A stretch of DNA of 59,360 bases, counting the filler, from Sphacelaria rigidula (taxonomy: Eukaryota), in NCBI GenBank assembly GCA_964200075.2. It is 8 parts of 8 records of this genome, joined end to end, with 100 filler letters (N's around TTAATTAATTAA, not from the genome) between each part and the next. Parts side by side here need not be neighbours in the genome. Positions count along the whole stretch, not along the records: positions 44,597 to 51,928 come from CAXNAA020015405.1; positions 52,029 to 59,360 come from CAXNAA020015406.1; 6 more parts are not named here. The stretch is one strand, 5' to 3'. Of the stretch, positions 48,036-59,360 are shown piece by piece. The position numbers were made by a program, and so were the translations under genes. The notes beneath the pieces are model-generated. The model was not told where the DNA came from. It saw only the letters and a program-made list of their open reading frames with translations, and searched no databases. Position 1 is the first letter of the stretch. Every line of letters begins with the position of its first letter.

Positions 48036-50939
48036 ATGGAAGGCATCACCGTCATGGAAACCACCTTTACGTGGCAAATGCTCACCGACGCCGGCGCCTG
48101 CGCAAGCCTTAGCGATGGCGCGAACGCCGTCACCGACACGCAGGCCCGCTTCACCACGGGCAACGGCAAAGTTGTCGGGGCGGCCCCCAAGAAGGAAACC
48201 CAGAGAACTGAATCCGAGCAAAAGAGCACTGCAGATGTCAACAGCATGCGTGTTCTGTCCACCCCCGGACCTGCAGTGAGATGCGGCACCATCGGCGCCC
48301 CTGCCATCGATGCCCTTGCGACCGGCGAAGAACGAGGGGTGGTAGCAGGTCGCCACCCACCGCACCAACAGCCGTCGGTCGTGACGCCATTGTGCACTCC
48401 TGTGGAGGGTGAAGGCCCGCTGCTCGAAACGCCTTCGGCTCCGAGGCCGTCCTCTGGCGCTTCCGACGACGCTCCGGATTCTTGCCGAGAAGACAATGCG
48501 ACGTCGCCTGCAGCGGCGGCGGCGGCGGCAAGAACAGCAGCATTGGTAAGCCCGGAAAGCGCGGTGGCCGCGGCGGCAGCACAGGCCTCAGTGGCTGTGA
48601 TTCGGGCGAGCGTGGTCAGGCGGCGGGGCGCGCTTCTTCCTTCGGCACCCAAGCAACGACTCATCTCCCCGCCTGTTAACGCGCAGCTGCAGGAGCAGCA
48701 AGCAAAAGAGGGCACGGTGGGACCAGCCACGGTGGTGGCGGCGGGGGATATGGGACGGACGAGTGGCAAATTGTGCTCGGCGCCGTTTGTGATCCGAAGG
48801 GCTCCTGCGAATAGAGATGGAGGCGGTGGCGGCGGCAGCGGCAGCGGCAGCGGAAGCCGCGAGACCGGCACCAGGCTCGCCAATGAATCACAGTCCAAGG
48901 TCCCGCGAAAATCTAAACTCGGCCGACGGGTGGGTCTAGGCCACGAAGATGGTGGCGGCGGTGACGGGGACGCATACGTCGACGCTACTCTCGCTGATCG
49001 AGCACCACAGGACAATCAATCAGGCGGCGATGGGACAGGCATGAAGCATGGCGACATTGCCGGGAGTAGCACGCCGATCACCCCACAGCATGCAGCGACC
49101 AGTAGCAGCAGCGGCAGCGGCGGCGGCGCTAGCAACGAAGCGACTCCAGCTCGGGTTGTCACCCACGGTACCCCAGACTGCGGCGCTGACCAAAAAAACA
49201 CGGCCGTCGCCGCTGACAGTGTCAACGAAACTTCTACTACGAGAAGCAGTGCCAGTACTGCCAAAAAGCCTCGATCATCGAAGGGGAAAAAACGAAAACA
49301 ACCCGCGGTGGAAAGGCCGACGAAGCTCACCGTGACTTTCTCGACGCAGGGAAGCCTGGGGATGGGGATGGCGGCTGTCGACGGCGAAGAAGACACGTAC
49401 GAGCTGGAGTCCAAGGCGCCCACGAGCGCGGCGGCCGGGGTTCCGAATGGCTGGCATTTCGCCGAGGTGGACGGTAAAAATGTTCGCAATATTGGAGGTG
49501 AGTGAGGGTAGTAGGTGAGGGGATGCGGAGGGCGGGGGAGGGGTTTGTCTGGGAAAAAATCTCTATCGTGCCGCCTCAGGTGGATACATACATGTATTTT
49601 TAGTATCGTATGAATGTTTATGTGCGCTTGGCACCAAAATGTCCTACATACAGCATATCAAACAAGCCCTCAAGGCAACCATTGCCCGTGCGAACTACTC
49701 GACTAAAGCCGCCCTAATGCTGGGGAGCCGACGTATCGTGAAGATGTTGACTGCCGCGGCGTAACCCGAGCCAAACACCCCTCCCCCGTTCCAAGCAGAT
49801 TTTGGTAGTGCCTGGTCATCCATATATATATATATATATATTATTTTTTCCTTCCTTGATTCTAAGAAATGTATTTCTCAAACCTCCCCCCCCAGATTTC
49901 AAGCTTAGGCTACTTCATCTCGTATCAACATTCTGTACTGTTAGTATTCAACGTCCGTGGTCCATATGGTGGGTCTCAGCCATGGTCTCCCCCCCTTCCC
50001 CCCCCTCCCTGGAGTGGTGAGGGCCTCCCCGGAAGCGCTGCCAGCGGCAGGCACACACGCGATTAAAATGAACTATCTTCGAAACCAAGCTTTGCTGTTG
50101 GCTATAGTCACGTTTCTTGCTCTTCTGATCGAATGGTATCCATTTTGGCATTTAACCTCTTGCTGCAACTTCGCGTGCAATTTGCGCTCTCCGAGCTGTT
50201 GGCCTCGGATTTCAATACCCGTACGTCACGTAGTGTAAGCATCATAATCATCCTATCCCCCGCCCCGCACGCAACCCCTATCCCGTCCGTCATCCGCCCC
50301 GGCGCCCCCGCCCCCCCGCTTCCCCCTCGTACCGGCCATTATCTCGCTCTTTTGTTTGTTCTTCATGTACCCTGAGCAGGACAAAAACTGGCAGAGCTGC
50401 TCAGAAATCGTCCCGTCAGCGTCACCTTCGAAAAGCCCCCTCCTCGATCGCCTCCATCACAACCACCCAGGCCCGAAGACTCCGAGCCCGAAGTCGAGCC
50501 CGACGTAGCCTCTGTCCCCAAGAAACGCAAGAGAGCGTCAAAAACGACTACCGCAACCGCCTCGGCCGGCACCGCTGCCGCGACCACTTCGGACGGGATT
50601 TCACGCAACGAGGGCGACCTGGCCGAGCCGCAGCAGACCAACGAAAAGGCCAAAACCAAAGCCAAACCCAAAACCAAGGCGAAATCCAAGAAGTCTGCAG
50701 CGAAAAATAAGGTCACCACGGTCCGCAAGGTATTCAAGGTGCAGACGGTGCGGAAGGAACATGGCGGTGACGGCGTCGGCGGTAGCGCCAGCGCCAGCGC
50801 CAGCACCAGCTGTGGTGTCGGCAGCAAGAACGGTGGTGCCGAAGGAGGTAAAGACGTGGAACGAGAGGGGGGAGGGGGGGCAGTGGCATATGTGGCACGG
50901 GTGGCGCCCCCGCTAGTTTCAGGGATGGCGGCAATTTGA
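48036..50939 (+). CDS. Low-complexity protein with a central PDZ-like domain and basic NLS-like tracts (~673 aa if it starts at 48036)
   Basis: Exon 48036-49497 (GCCATGG start, phase-1 donor G|GTGAGT) joins exon 50380-50939 (acceptor GAGCAG, stop TGA) in frame. The junction reads LTVTFSTQGSLGMGMAAVDGEEDTYELESKAPTSAAAGVPNGWHFAEVDGKNVRNIGGQKLAELLRNRPVSVTFEKP (PDZ-like). An acceptor-like CAG ending at 48033 means upstream exons may exist. Confidence 0.75.
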
Positions 50940-51569
50940 GCGCATCCGGTGTTGTGGCTGCGATGGGGGACGTGAAAGGAGTAGCAGTGTAGTGCTGGCC
51001 ATGTATCGGCCCACCTTTTTCCAAATTATGATTTTCGCGGCTGCCCAAGTGTTTCCTATTTTCTTCGTGGTGCAAGCCTCATTTTGTTGCACACGAGTGA
51101 GAGGAATGTATTGATCCGTCCCGTCGATGATGACTAGTCGTAGAGGTTTTGTGGGGGGGGGGGGGGGGGGGGGGGGGGTTCTCTTTTTTTTTTTGTTTTT
51201 TGTTTTTTCTCTTGCCTGTAGCTGGTTTTGTTGGNNNNNNNNNNTGTGGAGGGTGGGAGGTCTGTGGGAGTGTGGGTGGGAGTTGTGGGGGGTTTGGTGG
51301 GGCGACGGCTCAGTGGCGCAGGGGCGTACTCATTTATTGCTTGCATTAGTCGTTTGATCATAGACCACGCACGTTCTGTGGAGGTGGGGGTGTTGGGACT
51401 TGTGCTGTCGATAGTTTTGGACGTTCGACGGAGTATGACCATTACTTCATGTTACAACACTCTTGGCGGTTCGATAGAGTACCAGTGGATATAAATGTCA
51501 TCATAAGCCATGCGCAGTAGGATTTGTCGACGGCGGCCACTTATCTAGTTGGCACGCGAAGGAGCGTTG

Positions 51570-51635
51570 ATGGTGGTGGTGGTAGTGGTAGTAGTAGTAG
51601 TAGTAGTAATAGTAGTAGTAGTTGTTGTTGTTGTG
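51570..51635 (+). repeat. Compound trinucleotide microsatellite (GGT)n(AGT)n(TGT)n
   Basis: Read directly from the sequence. Confidence 0.9.
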
Positions 51636-51860
51636 GGGCTAGGTAGGTCGTTGAGAAGGGGGGGAAAGAGGAAAGCAACATGAAGGCACTTTTTCACCAT
51701 GACTGGTGAGCCATCATCTACAGTTGTGTGTAGATACGGGTTTGTGCTGTATTGAAGGAGTACGTAGTTTGGCGTGTGAGGTAGCAACCCTTTCCAGTGG
51801 TGAGGACAGAACGGGTCATCGTTCTACATTCATGAATCAGATACATCTATTTTTTGGCGT

Positions 51861-51928
51861 GTATGTATGTATGTATGTATGTATGTATGTATGTATGTAT
51901 GTATGTATGTATGTATGTATGTATGTAT
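51861..51928 (+). repeat. (GTAT)n microsatellite at a contig end
   Basis: Read directly from the sequence. Confidence 0.97.
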
Positions 51929-52120
51929 NNNNNNNNNNNNNNNNNNNNNNNNNNNNNNNNNNNNNNNNNNNNTTAATTAATTAANNNNNNNNNNNNNNNN
52001 NNNNNNNNNNNNNNNNNNNNNNNNNNNNCCAAGATATGGAGTTTTTCCCGCCAGGTGCCTTAAGCGTATCTTAATTGGTACATTTCCCTCTATCTGCTAC
52101 ACGCTGTATTTTAATTCCGA

Positions 52121-52563
52121 TTAACACGGGATTTTACAAATTAGGGATGGATTTTTTATTGAGGATGAGAAACCCGGAGAGTTAAAAGCTTCATATCTAC
52201 ACCAAATCTTAGAAACATGGATCCATTCCTTCATTTTCTGGTGGCTATTGACAACTACTAGACGTTATACAAATTTGGATTTTGATAACCGAAATGTTGG
52301 GTTCCTAGGTGAAGAAACAATTTGGGGGAATTTCAGCGATCTGGATCATCTAAATTTGCCAAATTTGTGTCTTCCCCTTGAACTCCAACATGTCGGCTAT
52401 CAGGATCCAAATTTGTATGGCGTGTAGTAGTTGTCAATAGCAACCAGTAAGTGAAGGAGTGGAACTATATTTCGAAGATTTGGTGTGGATGCGAAAAATT
52501 CAATTCTCCGGGTTCTCATCTTCAACTAAAAATCCATCCCCAATTTTTAAAATCCCGTGTTGA
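52121..52563. mobile_element. Fold-back element, ~205-bp inverted arms
   Basis: AACACGGGATTTTA..GGGATGGATTTT..CTATTGACAACTACTA..TACAAATTTGGAT is mirrored by ATCCAAATTTGTA..TAGTAGTTGTCAATAG..AAAATCCATCCC..TAAAATCCCGTGTT. Confidence 0.85.
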
Positions 52564-55500
52564 TTGCCAAAATTTGGGGGTCCTAGATGAAAAAAAAATG
52601 TTGGATTTTGTCAAGCTCGGACACGTTCATTTCTCCTGGGCTGGGAGGCTCTGAATACAGTAGGCCAATTTTGGAAGTGACACCGAAGGCCCAGTTTTCT
52701 TGCCTCCGACAGCACCTCCCGCGGGGGGCCCTCGCCAGCCGGGGGAGGGGGGCTATTCAGGCTTGCACTCCGCTCACTGTGCGAGCCCACTCGCTGCAGC
52801 CGTAGTTCGGCTTCGCCGACATTTGTCGATATCGAACGCGGAAATAAATATCGGTATCGTATCGATGTGATGGAAGCAGTACTTCACCTTTCTCCTGCTT
52901 CTTTTTTGATCGCGAGAAGGGTTCAGCGATCCCTTGTATAATAGAACAAGAAACAAAAAAACTCCCTTCTCACCTCTATTTTGAGAGTTTTGGACTTTCA
53001 AACTTGGTATTGAAAAATTGCGAGCGCAAGAGAATAAAAAAAGGTAATGTGACGACCTTGAAATTTTTGTTTTTTGTTCGATGAAAGAGACTTGTGAGGG
53101 GAAACCAGATCTAGCTTATTTTGCCATCCTGTTCAAGGATGGGACACGCGAGACTCGCACCCGGTCTAGAGATGGCCATGTGAGACTGCCCCTTTTGCCG
53201 TCCGGCACGAAGATGATCATGTGACCCCTTCCTTTCATTATCATTTTTTTCAAGAAGGTGGGAACCTCCCTCAACACTTACCTCGCAAGCGGGTTCGTGT
53301 GCCGATCACCCAGAGGCTCAGGTAGACTTCCTCGAGCGTTATGAAAGCCTTGCTCAAGGCAAGTGTGGGGGTCGAACCCGCTAAGACCTCTCGTCGACTT
53401 GGCGCAGTGCGCGCGCCGCCCTTCTCTCATGAGCATTGGCCCTAGGGTGAGCACTTGCTCTGCACGTTGTAAGTCTTGTAAGAATATAAATCACATGTCA
53501 AATAATCCATCGATCTTGAATACCGTTACACTACTTTTCACCACCTGTCGTTTATGGCATCAATCACACGTGCCTTCATCGTCCATGTTATCATCAACTC
53601 TCGTACTTTGAAGTATAGACATATACTGTCCTTGAAACGGGACATGACAGCGGCCACACCATGAAGAAATCACCAGAGAAGCGGCACGGACAGCGATCAC
53701 AAACTATCCATGATGGAAAGCATGCTCCTGGAGACACCAAAGAGAAAACTCTACGATGTGTACATGTTGATCGCGGGAAAGCTCGACCAGCGCCCGACAC
53801 CCCCGACATATGATTTTTGTCAATCAGAGCATGTCCTTTCAAACACCTCTAAGAACGTACTTTCAGCTCAACGCGGTGCCGCCGTGGGCACCGAACTCCA
53901 AGCACCCGCGGGGTACGCACAACACACTATCCACGAGAGTATCGCGAGGTCCCGTTCAACCAACGCCGGAAAGCAGATCATGGTCACGTTTTCCGCTCCC
54001 AGACCCCGATCGGATATCGCTCTCTCCTTCGCCACAAATGCCACTCGCCCCATCCGCCACCTGCGACACATTCATAGAGACATGAAGCAATACTGTGTCG
54101 ACTTGTGTCCAAATTCATGCCTGGAAAACAAGAGCACACGAGAGGGGTCGAAGCCACGGCAACGGGAAGTCCATGACTAAAACCTCTGCCGGGACTTGGA
54201 GAGCTGTAGGATCCAGCACATTTAGAATTGAATGGTCTCTGCGCGCCACCATCTGAACTAGAAATGCAGTTTTTTTCTACAGTTACATGCGATATCGTAC
54301 CGCCGTGGCCAAGGCCAGGATCGTTACATGTCTCTTGCTAATGTTTCGAACACAGAGTGTTACCACACCCCTTGTGATCTGTGACGGTTTAAGAGACAAC
54401 CAACTAGACTACTGACCAGTCAGCGCTGACTTGGTCAGTAGTCTAGTTGGTTGTCTCTTAAAATCGCATACCAGCCCCCAAGATATCGTAGGCCACGGAT
54501 CCAACGTCGAGGAGGAACCATGAGGGGCACAGTCGATGCATTTACGCTGGGCAATCATGTGAGAAAGATAGCATATCAAGACGCTCCTCGACATACACCA
54601 GCAGTGCCTGGCACCCGCATCTACATGGCTGGTGAACATGATATACGCCGTCTTACAAGTCCAAGCTTCCCAGCATATGAATATGTACATGACAATGACA
54701 CGGTTTCTTGGCTTGGCTTAAAACTCCACATGGGTGGCGAAGCTCATCACACTAGCTGCACTGCAGTCGGTGAAGAACGCGATCCACTATAATATCTGAA
54801 GCTGTGGTGCGATTACCTCGATAGAATACAAGCGCAACGGGTCCAGATCATTCGTAGGGCTTGAGTCAAACGTGCCCTCATTTGTCCCAAATGACACGTC
54901 GGGCGGCAGTCGTGACTCCTTGAAAGTGTGACGAGCTGCCACGTGCGACCGTGATTCCTGATGTCATCGCCATCCTACATGACATGTGCAACGGAGGTGA
55001 TGCCGCAAAATAAAAAGCCGGTACAGCTGCGACCTTAACAAAAAAAAACACACCCAATACATCTCCCCCAGTCACACGAGACAAGACAGCAGAGAAGAAA
55101 AGCACAGGTAGCACTCACATTCTGTGTAACTTTTTCTTCGAGCCATTCTGTTGTATTAGAGCGATGCTGGGGTCAAGCGCCATATGTCACTCCTCTTTCA
55201 GTCGCCCTGCAACACCGTTGTTTGCGTGGGAGATCGCATCGCCAAGCACGGGGTCACCAAAACGAGCTACAAAGAGCACGTCCTGGTGAACGACTACACT
55301 AGCAACGTGGAACCGAAAACTGACTGTAGGCATTAGACAAGATGTAAACTGCCTATAATCGCCGCCTGGGCAAAATTTATTGTCCGGGCCAAGAGCAACA
55401 GCAAGCAAAGCACAAAATATCAAGGGGTTGTGAATTGACTGTGACAGACAGTGGTGGTGGAGGTGAGGGTGGAGGTGGTTCCTCTTGGGCTGTCCGCATC

Positions 55501-56294
55501 CACTTCGGAAACCTTCGGAGGGCAGCCCAGAAGAGAAACACACCACACCGGATGCATCCGGGCAAAACTGCCTTACAAACAATGAAAACGACGTTTGTTG
55601 GTAACTGAAAGCGCCGAACCGAACGAACTCTTGAACCGGAGAGCAGATGAAATGGAAAGCTTTCGCTCCCAGGCCTTGGTACGGGTATTCTCGGTCGGTG
55701 GCTATTAGAGGCGACCCTCATGCTCTGCTACTATGCTACGTCCTCTGTACCACCCGTACGTCCGTATCGAAGAGCGGGAACACCATTGTTTCGGCGTATC
55801 CATCTACGACTGCATACCAAGCATGCCGCACGCAGAAGCAAGGAGACGGCATGCTTGTTATGACGTGTGCACAACTCTGGCAACGGATATATGTCTTTCC
55901 TTTCGTCTGTACAGACATCAGACACACGGAGGGGAGGAGACGGCATGGCAGCAAAAAGATTCGCGCGACTAGGAACCGTGCTCGCAACGACCGCTGGAAC
56001 ACGCTCTATTCCGAGCGTGCACAACCCGGCTTGATCGGAGCGGCATACTTCACAATCCATCAAGGTGTTCCGTCCCACTTACGCTGCTGCGTATTGAGCA
56101 CGTCCCGGGCCATGCTCATACCTTCACACGTCGTTTCAGGGTGTCTCAGAAGAGAAACATTGGAGTGTTCCAAACGAGACTTGACGTCCAAAAGTTGACT
56201 GAAATTCGTTCATAGTGGAAGTCATGAACCTATGATAAGTGAATAATGCTAGTGAGCAAAGCTATACTGTACATCAAGTTGTGAGGCCATTTCC

Positions 56295-56892
56295 TATGAC
56301 AACCAACCCGTATTTGTACAAATATGAGGATTTCAGCCCGTCTATATCCGATCTTCTCCCGTGAATTGATTTATCGGGACCCAGTCCGTTTGGGCAATGT
56401 TTTTCTTCTAGCCCTGAGGGAACCAGATCAATTCTCCGATTCTCTGGACGCTGACTTTTGGCGTATCACCTTTCTACTCAGATCGGGAGACTCCCGCATC
56501 TCCCCCAATTTGCGCCCCAGATTCGGGGGAGATGCGGGAGTCTCCCGATCTGAGCAGAAAGGTGATACATCAAAAGTCAGCGTTCAAAGAATCGGAGAGA
56601 TGATTTAGTTTCCTCAGAGCTAGGCGAAAAACATTGCCCAACCGACTGGGATCCGAAAAATCAATCGACGGGAGAAGGCCAGATTCAGGGGAGATGCGGG
56701 AGTCTCTCGATCTGAGCAGAAAGGTGATAAACCAAAACGCGAGCGTCCAGAGAATCGGAGGGTTGATCTGGTTTCCCCCGAGCTAGGCGAAAAACATCGC
56801 CCAACCGACTGGGATCCGAAAAGTCAATCCATGGGAGAAAATCTGCTGTAGACGGGCTGAAATCCTCAGAAGATTTGTACGAATAAATACGG
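56295..56892. mobile_element. Fold-back MITE family B with a duplicated right arm
   Basis: Palindrome centre GGGAGACTCCCGCATCTCCCCC / GGGGGAGATGCGGGAGTCTCCC at ~56485-56547. The right arm is repeated at ~56519-56677 and ~56680-56840. Confidence 0.85.
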
Positions 56893-57499
56893 ATATGATT
56901 ATACACAATACGGCCTGATATTCCCCTCGCCTTGAGGTCTTGATTGCGCCGTATAATCCTACCGCGGATGTGCTTCTGCTGTGGATACAGCTGCTGCGTC
57001 CGCCATGCTTCAAAGAAGATCCAATCCCTTGTTTGCACCTGCCAGAAATCGCCGAATATTGGTTACAACATGGAGAGAGGGCACTGCATGAGCGAAGAGT
57101 CGAGTAGAGTAACATGGCCATAACCGTACCTCACAGTGCTGCTGCTCTGCGAAGTGCCATACTGTCTGAAGTTGCTGCAGCTCACGGCGTGTGCTGCTTT
57201 GCCTGCATCAGTCACCGACTAATGTACTTACTCACTGTGCTGTGCTCTCTGCACTACTAGACTGCATCAGAAGATCGCCTCCTGGGATGTACCTGCTGGA
57301 GCGAAGCTGAAAAAGAACGGCCGAGATGCCCACAAGGGTGAAGGAGCAACGACGTTGATGATGGTGCACGAGCACTACATCGCGCACGTCGACAACGATC
57401 CTCCGACGGCCTCGTGGGTGCCATGACTTCTGTGCTGCTTTCGCGTGTGTGTCGTAGCTAGGTGCCCATACACTCGCCTTGTGATACTGGGAAGGCACA

Positions 57500-57545
57500 G
57501 GCCGTATCTTAGGGCCGTATCTTAGGGCCGTATCTTAGGGCCGTC
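57500..57545 (+). repeat. 13-bp tandem repeat (GGCCGTATCTTAG), ~3.5 copies
   Basis: Read directly from the sequence. Confidence 0.9.
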
Positions 57546-58860
57546 GAAAATGTTCAAGATGGTTGAAATCACTGGTTCTGTGAATCCGCGTGTACAGGCG
57601 GATATGAGACTGCCGCGCACGACATTCATGTTCTCAAAACTAAACATGCCTTTTGCTGATTGGTCAGCATTGTTTGTTGGCAAACGAAACGGCACTTGGC
57701 GGAATGAAACCGTCGAGAAGGCATGTTTAGTGTCACGGTTGTCAGCACCTTCTTCATCCAGAATAGGAGCTTGTTGGAGTCATCAGCAGAGCCCTTGGTG
57801 CGAGAAACCAGAACGAATCTGAAGTATGACTTAGTTGAACTCTGCGGCGATGCCATCGAAGAAGTCCGACCCTGTTCTACCCTATACAACATATAACATG
57901 ATAAACTATGGATGGGGCTTCCTTCGACTATATATCCACATGTAGAATCTAAACGCCATCTTCCATTCGGCGTGTCGGCCCAGAACTCCATCAGCACAGC
58001 TGATAGCCCTTTACCCCGCTCTTGGAGGGTGGCTTGCCATGGGACTTTTGAGTATTCTCAAGAAAGTCAAGCAGAAGGAGAAGGAAGTTCGACTATTGAT
58101 CCTGTGAGTTCTGCCATTCGTTACAAGTGGATAGTGCGAAAAGCGGATGCAAATCAGGAGCTGCAAGTTTGTTTAGCAGCGAGTCCCTGGGGTCTACCGG
58201 CGCAGTACTTTCGCTGGTCTGTCTCTTTCCAGCAGCAAGTGGCTCACATTATATCTTACGCGGTCGGCGCTCGCGTCCTGTTCACTGGATACATGCAACA
58301 CAGTAGAGTATGGGGGCGCAGTATAGCGTGTATGGACGGTAGTATATAACATCGCAAGAGCGTACTCAAATGCTGACCCGCGCCATCAACTTGTCAAGCT
58401 GACAGTCCCACCCCAACCAGAGCCCCATACGACGATTGAAGAGGCACCATGTAAACAGCAATCAGTAATCGATGGTCGCAAAATACGCCCTTTTTTTCAA
58501 ACACGAAGATAAACGCAGAGGCGAGCCTGATCGCGAGGCAAAGCGACGACTCTCGCGCAACGGGGCTGCAGAGGGTGTCCTACACCGTACGCAAAGCGTG
58601 CGGTGGCCCAGCTCAGATCGGTGTCTGCGGCGCTGAGGACTGCACTGTCAGCCCGCTATAGCGTGTGGGTATAACGGTCCGACCGCACCTGAATCCATCG
58701 ATGCATATACCGTGAGTTTTTGTCGCCTGGTCCGCGTGAAGCATACCATTACATCAATCCTTTCACCGTCAAGGTTGGTCATCTGGGTCTTTAACCCTTT
58801 TGGGACCGGACCCCCACCAACACAGGGTTGACCCTGTGTAGGTGGAATGATGAAAAATAA

Positions 58861-59058
58861 GGGGTCTACACGTTACACGTTCACGTTCACATTACGTTAC
58901 GAATGTCACGTTAATCAATTTGAACGTAACGTTAACGTTTCATATGAAAATTTAACGTTACGTTCATCACGTAAAAAAAAATAACGTTACGTTTCGTTAC
59001 ATGTAACGTAATATTAGACGTTTCAATGTCACGTGTAACGTTCGAATGTAACGTTTCA
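58861..59058. repeat. Dense ACGTT/AACGT/CGTTAC motif cluster, likely a transposon subterminal repeat region
   Basis: Many short palindromic TAACGTTA-type motifs in both orientations within ~200 bp. Confidence 0.6.
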
Positions 59059-59360
59059 TTCTGTGCATGTCGCGGCTCATTCACCAGTGTTTGAGGCGTT
59101 GTCATGTGTCGTTTAACGCATGATGTTACCGTGTACGCGACGCTGACGGTGACCCGTCGGCTGGTTCTCATGTATAAAGAAAATTCTATTTAAAAACGCG
59201 TTTTCTGATAACCCATTTTTTATGTGATCAGAAAACGCGTTTGAAATCCCGCCGCACGCCAACACACCCTCCAGCCCACGACAGCAGCCATGGGTGGCTT
59301 GGCTGCCACCCCCACTGCTGTCGCTGGTGCTGGCGGGTAGTCAGCGTGTTGCTTCATTGT

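Noticed and set aside
47966..49015. 349-aa minus-strand ORF (also 49016-49489 and 50363-50827)
   Set aside because: Antisense shadows of the GC-rich plus-strand exons.
53363..53460. Second SINE head (minus-strand GGGTTCGACCCC)
   Set aside because: Box B-like motif only, with no convincing box A and no second copy.
53640..58350. Several 110-180-aa ORFs in contig 8
   Set aside because: No recognisable domains and no consistent splice chain; probably decayed TE or pseudogene sequence.

Overview
This is not a continuous locus. It is eight unrelated contigs of 7333 or 7332 bp, apparently size-sorted, joined by artificial 100-bp spacers (N44-TTAATTAATTAA-N44). The DNA is eukaryotic, intron-rich and dense in transposons. 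A multi-WSC gene, a stramenopile-type BAF-like gene and TTAGGG-like tracts point to a brown alga (inference). Most ORFs in the supplied track are spurious. I reconstructed three spliced genes by hand: (1) a complete 5-exon, 124-aa BAF-like helix-hairpin-helix protein (minus strand, 16033-20229); (2) a 5'-truncated tandem WSC-domain gene (minus, 11210-14372); (3) a ~673-aa mostly disordered protein with a PDZ-like domain split by an intron (plus, 48036-50939). The rest is a Sola1-like transposase exon, decayed Copia and LINE relics, a tRNA-derived SINE, a ~2-kb 21-mer minisatellite and many MITE or fold-back families. Several of these retain 2-, 3-, 4- or 8-bp target-site duplications (TSDs), and one cluster has two elements nested in a third. 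I found no CRISPR array, rRNA, intact tRNA or prokaryotic system, and I cannot support a claim of a wholly new multi-gene system.
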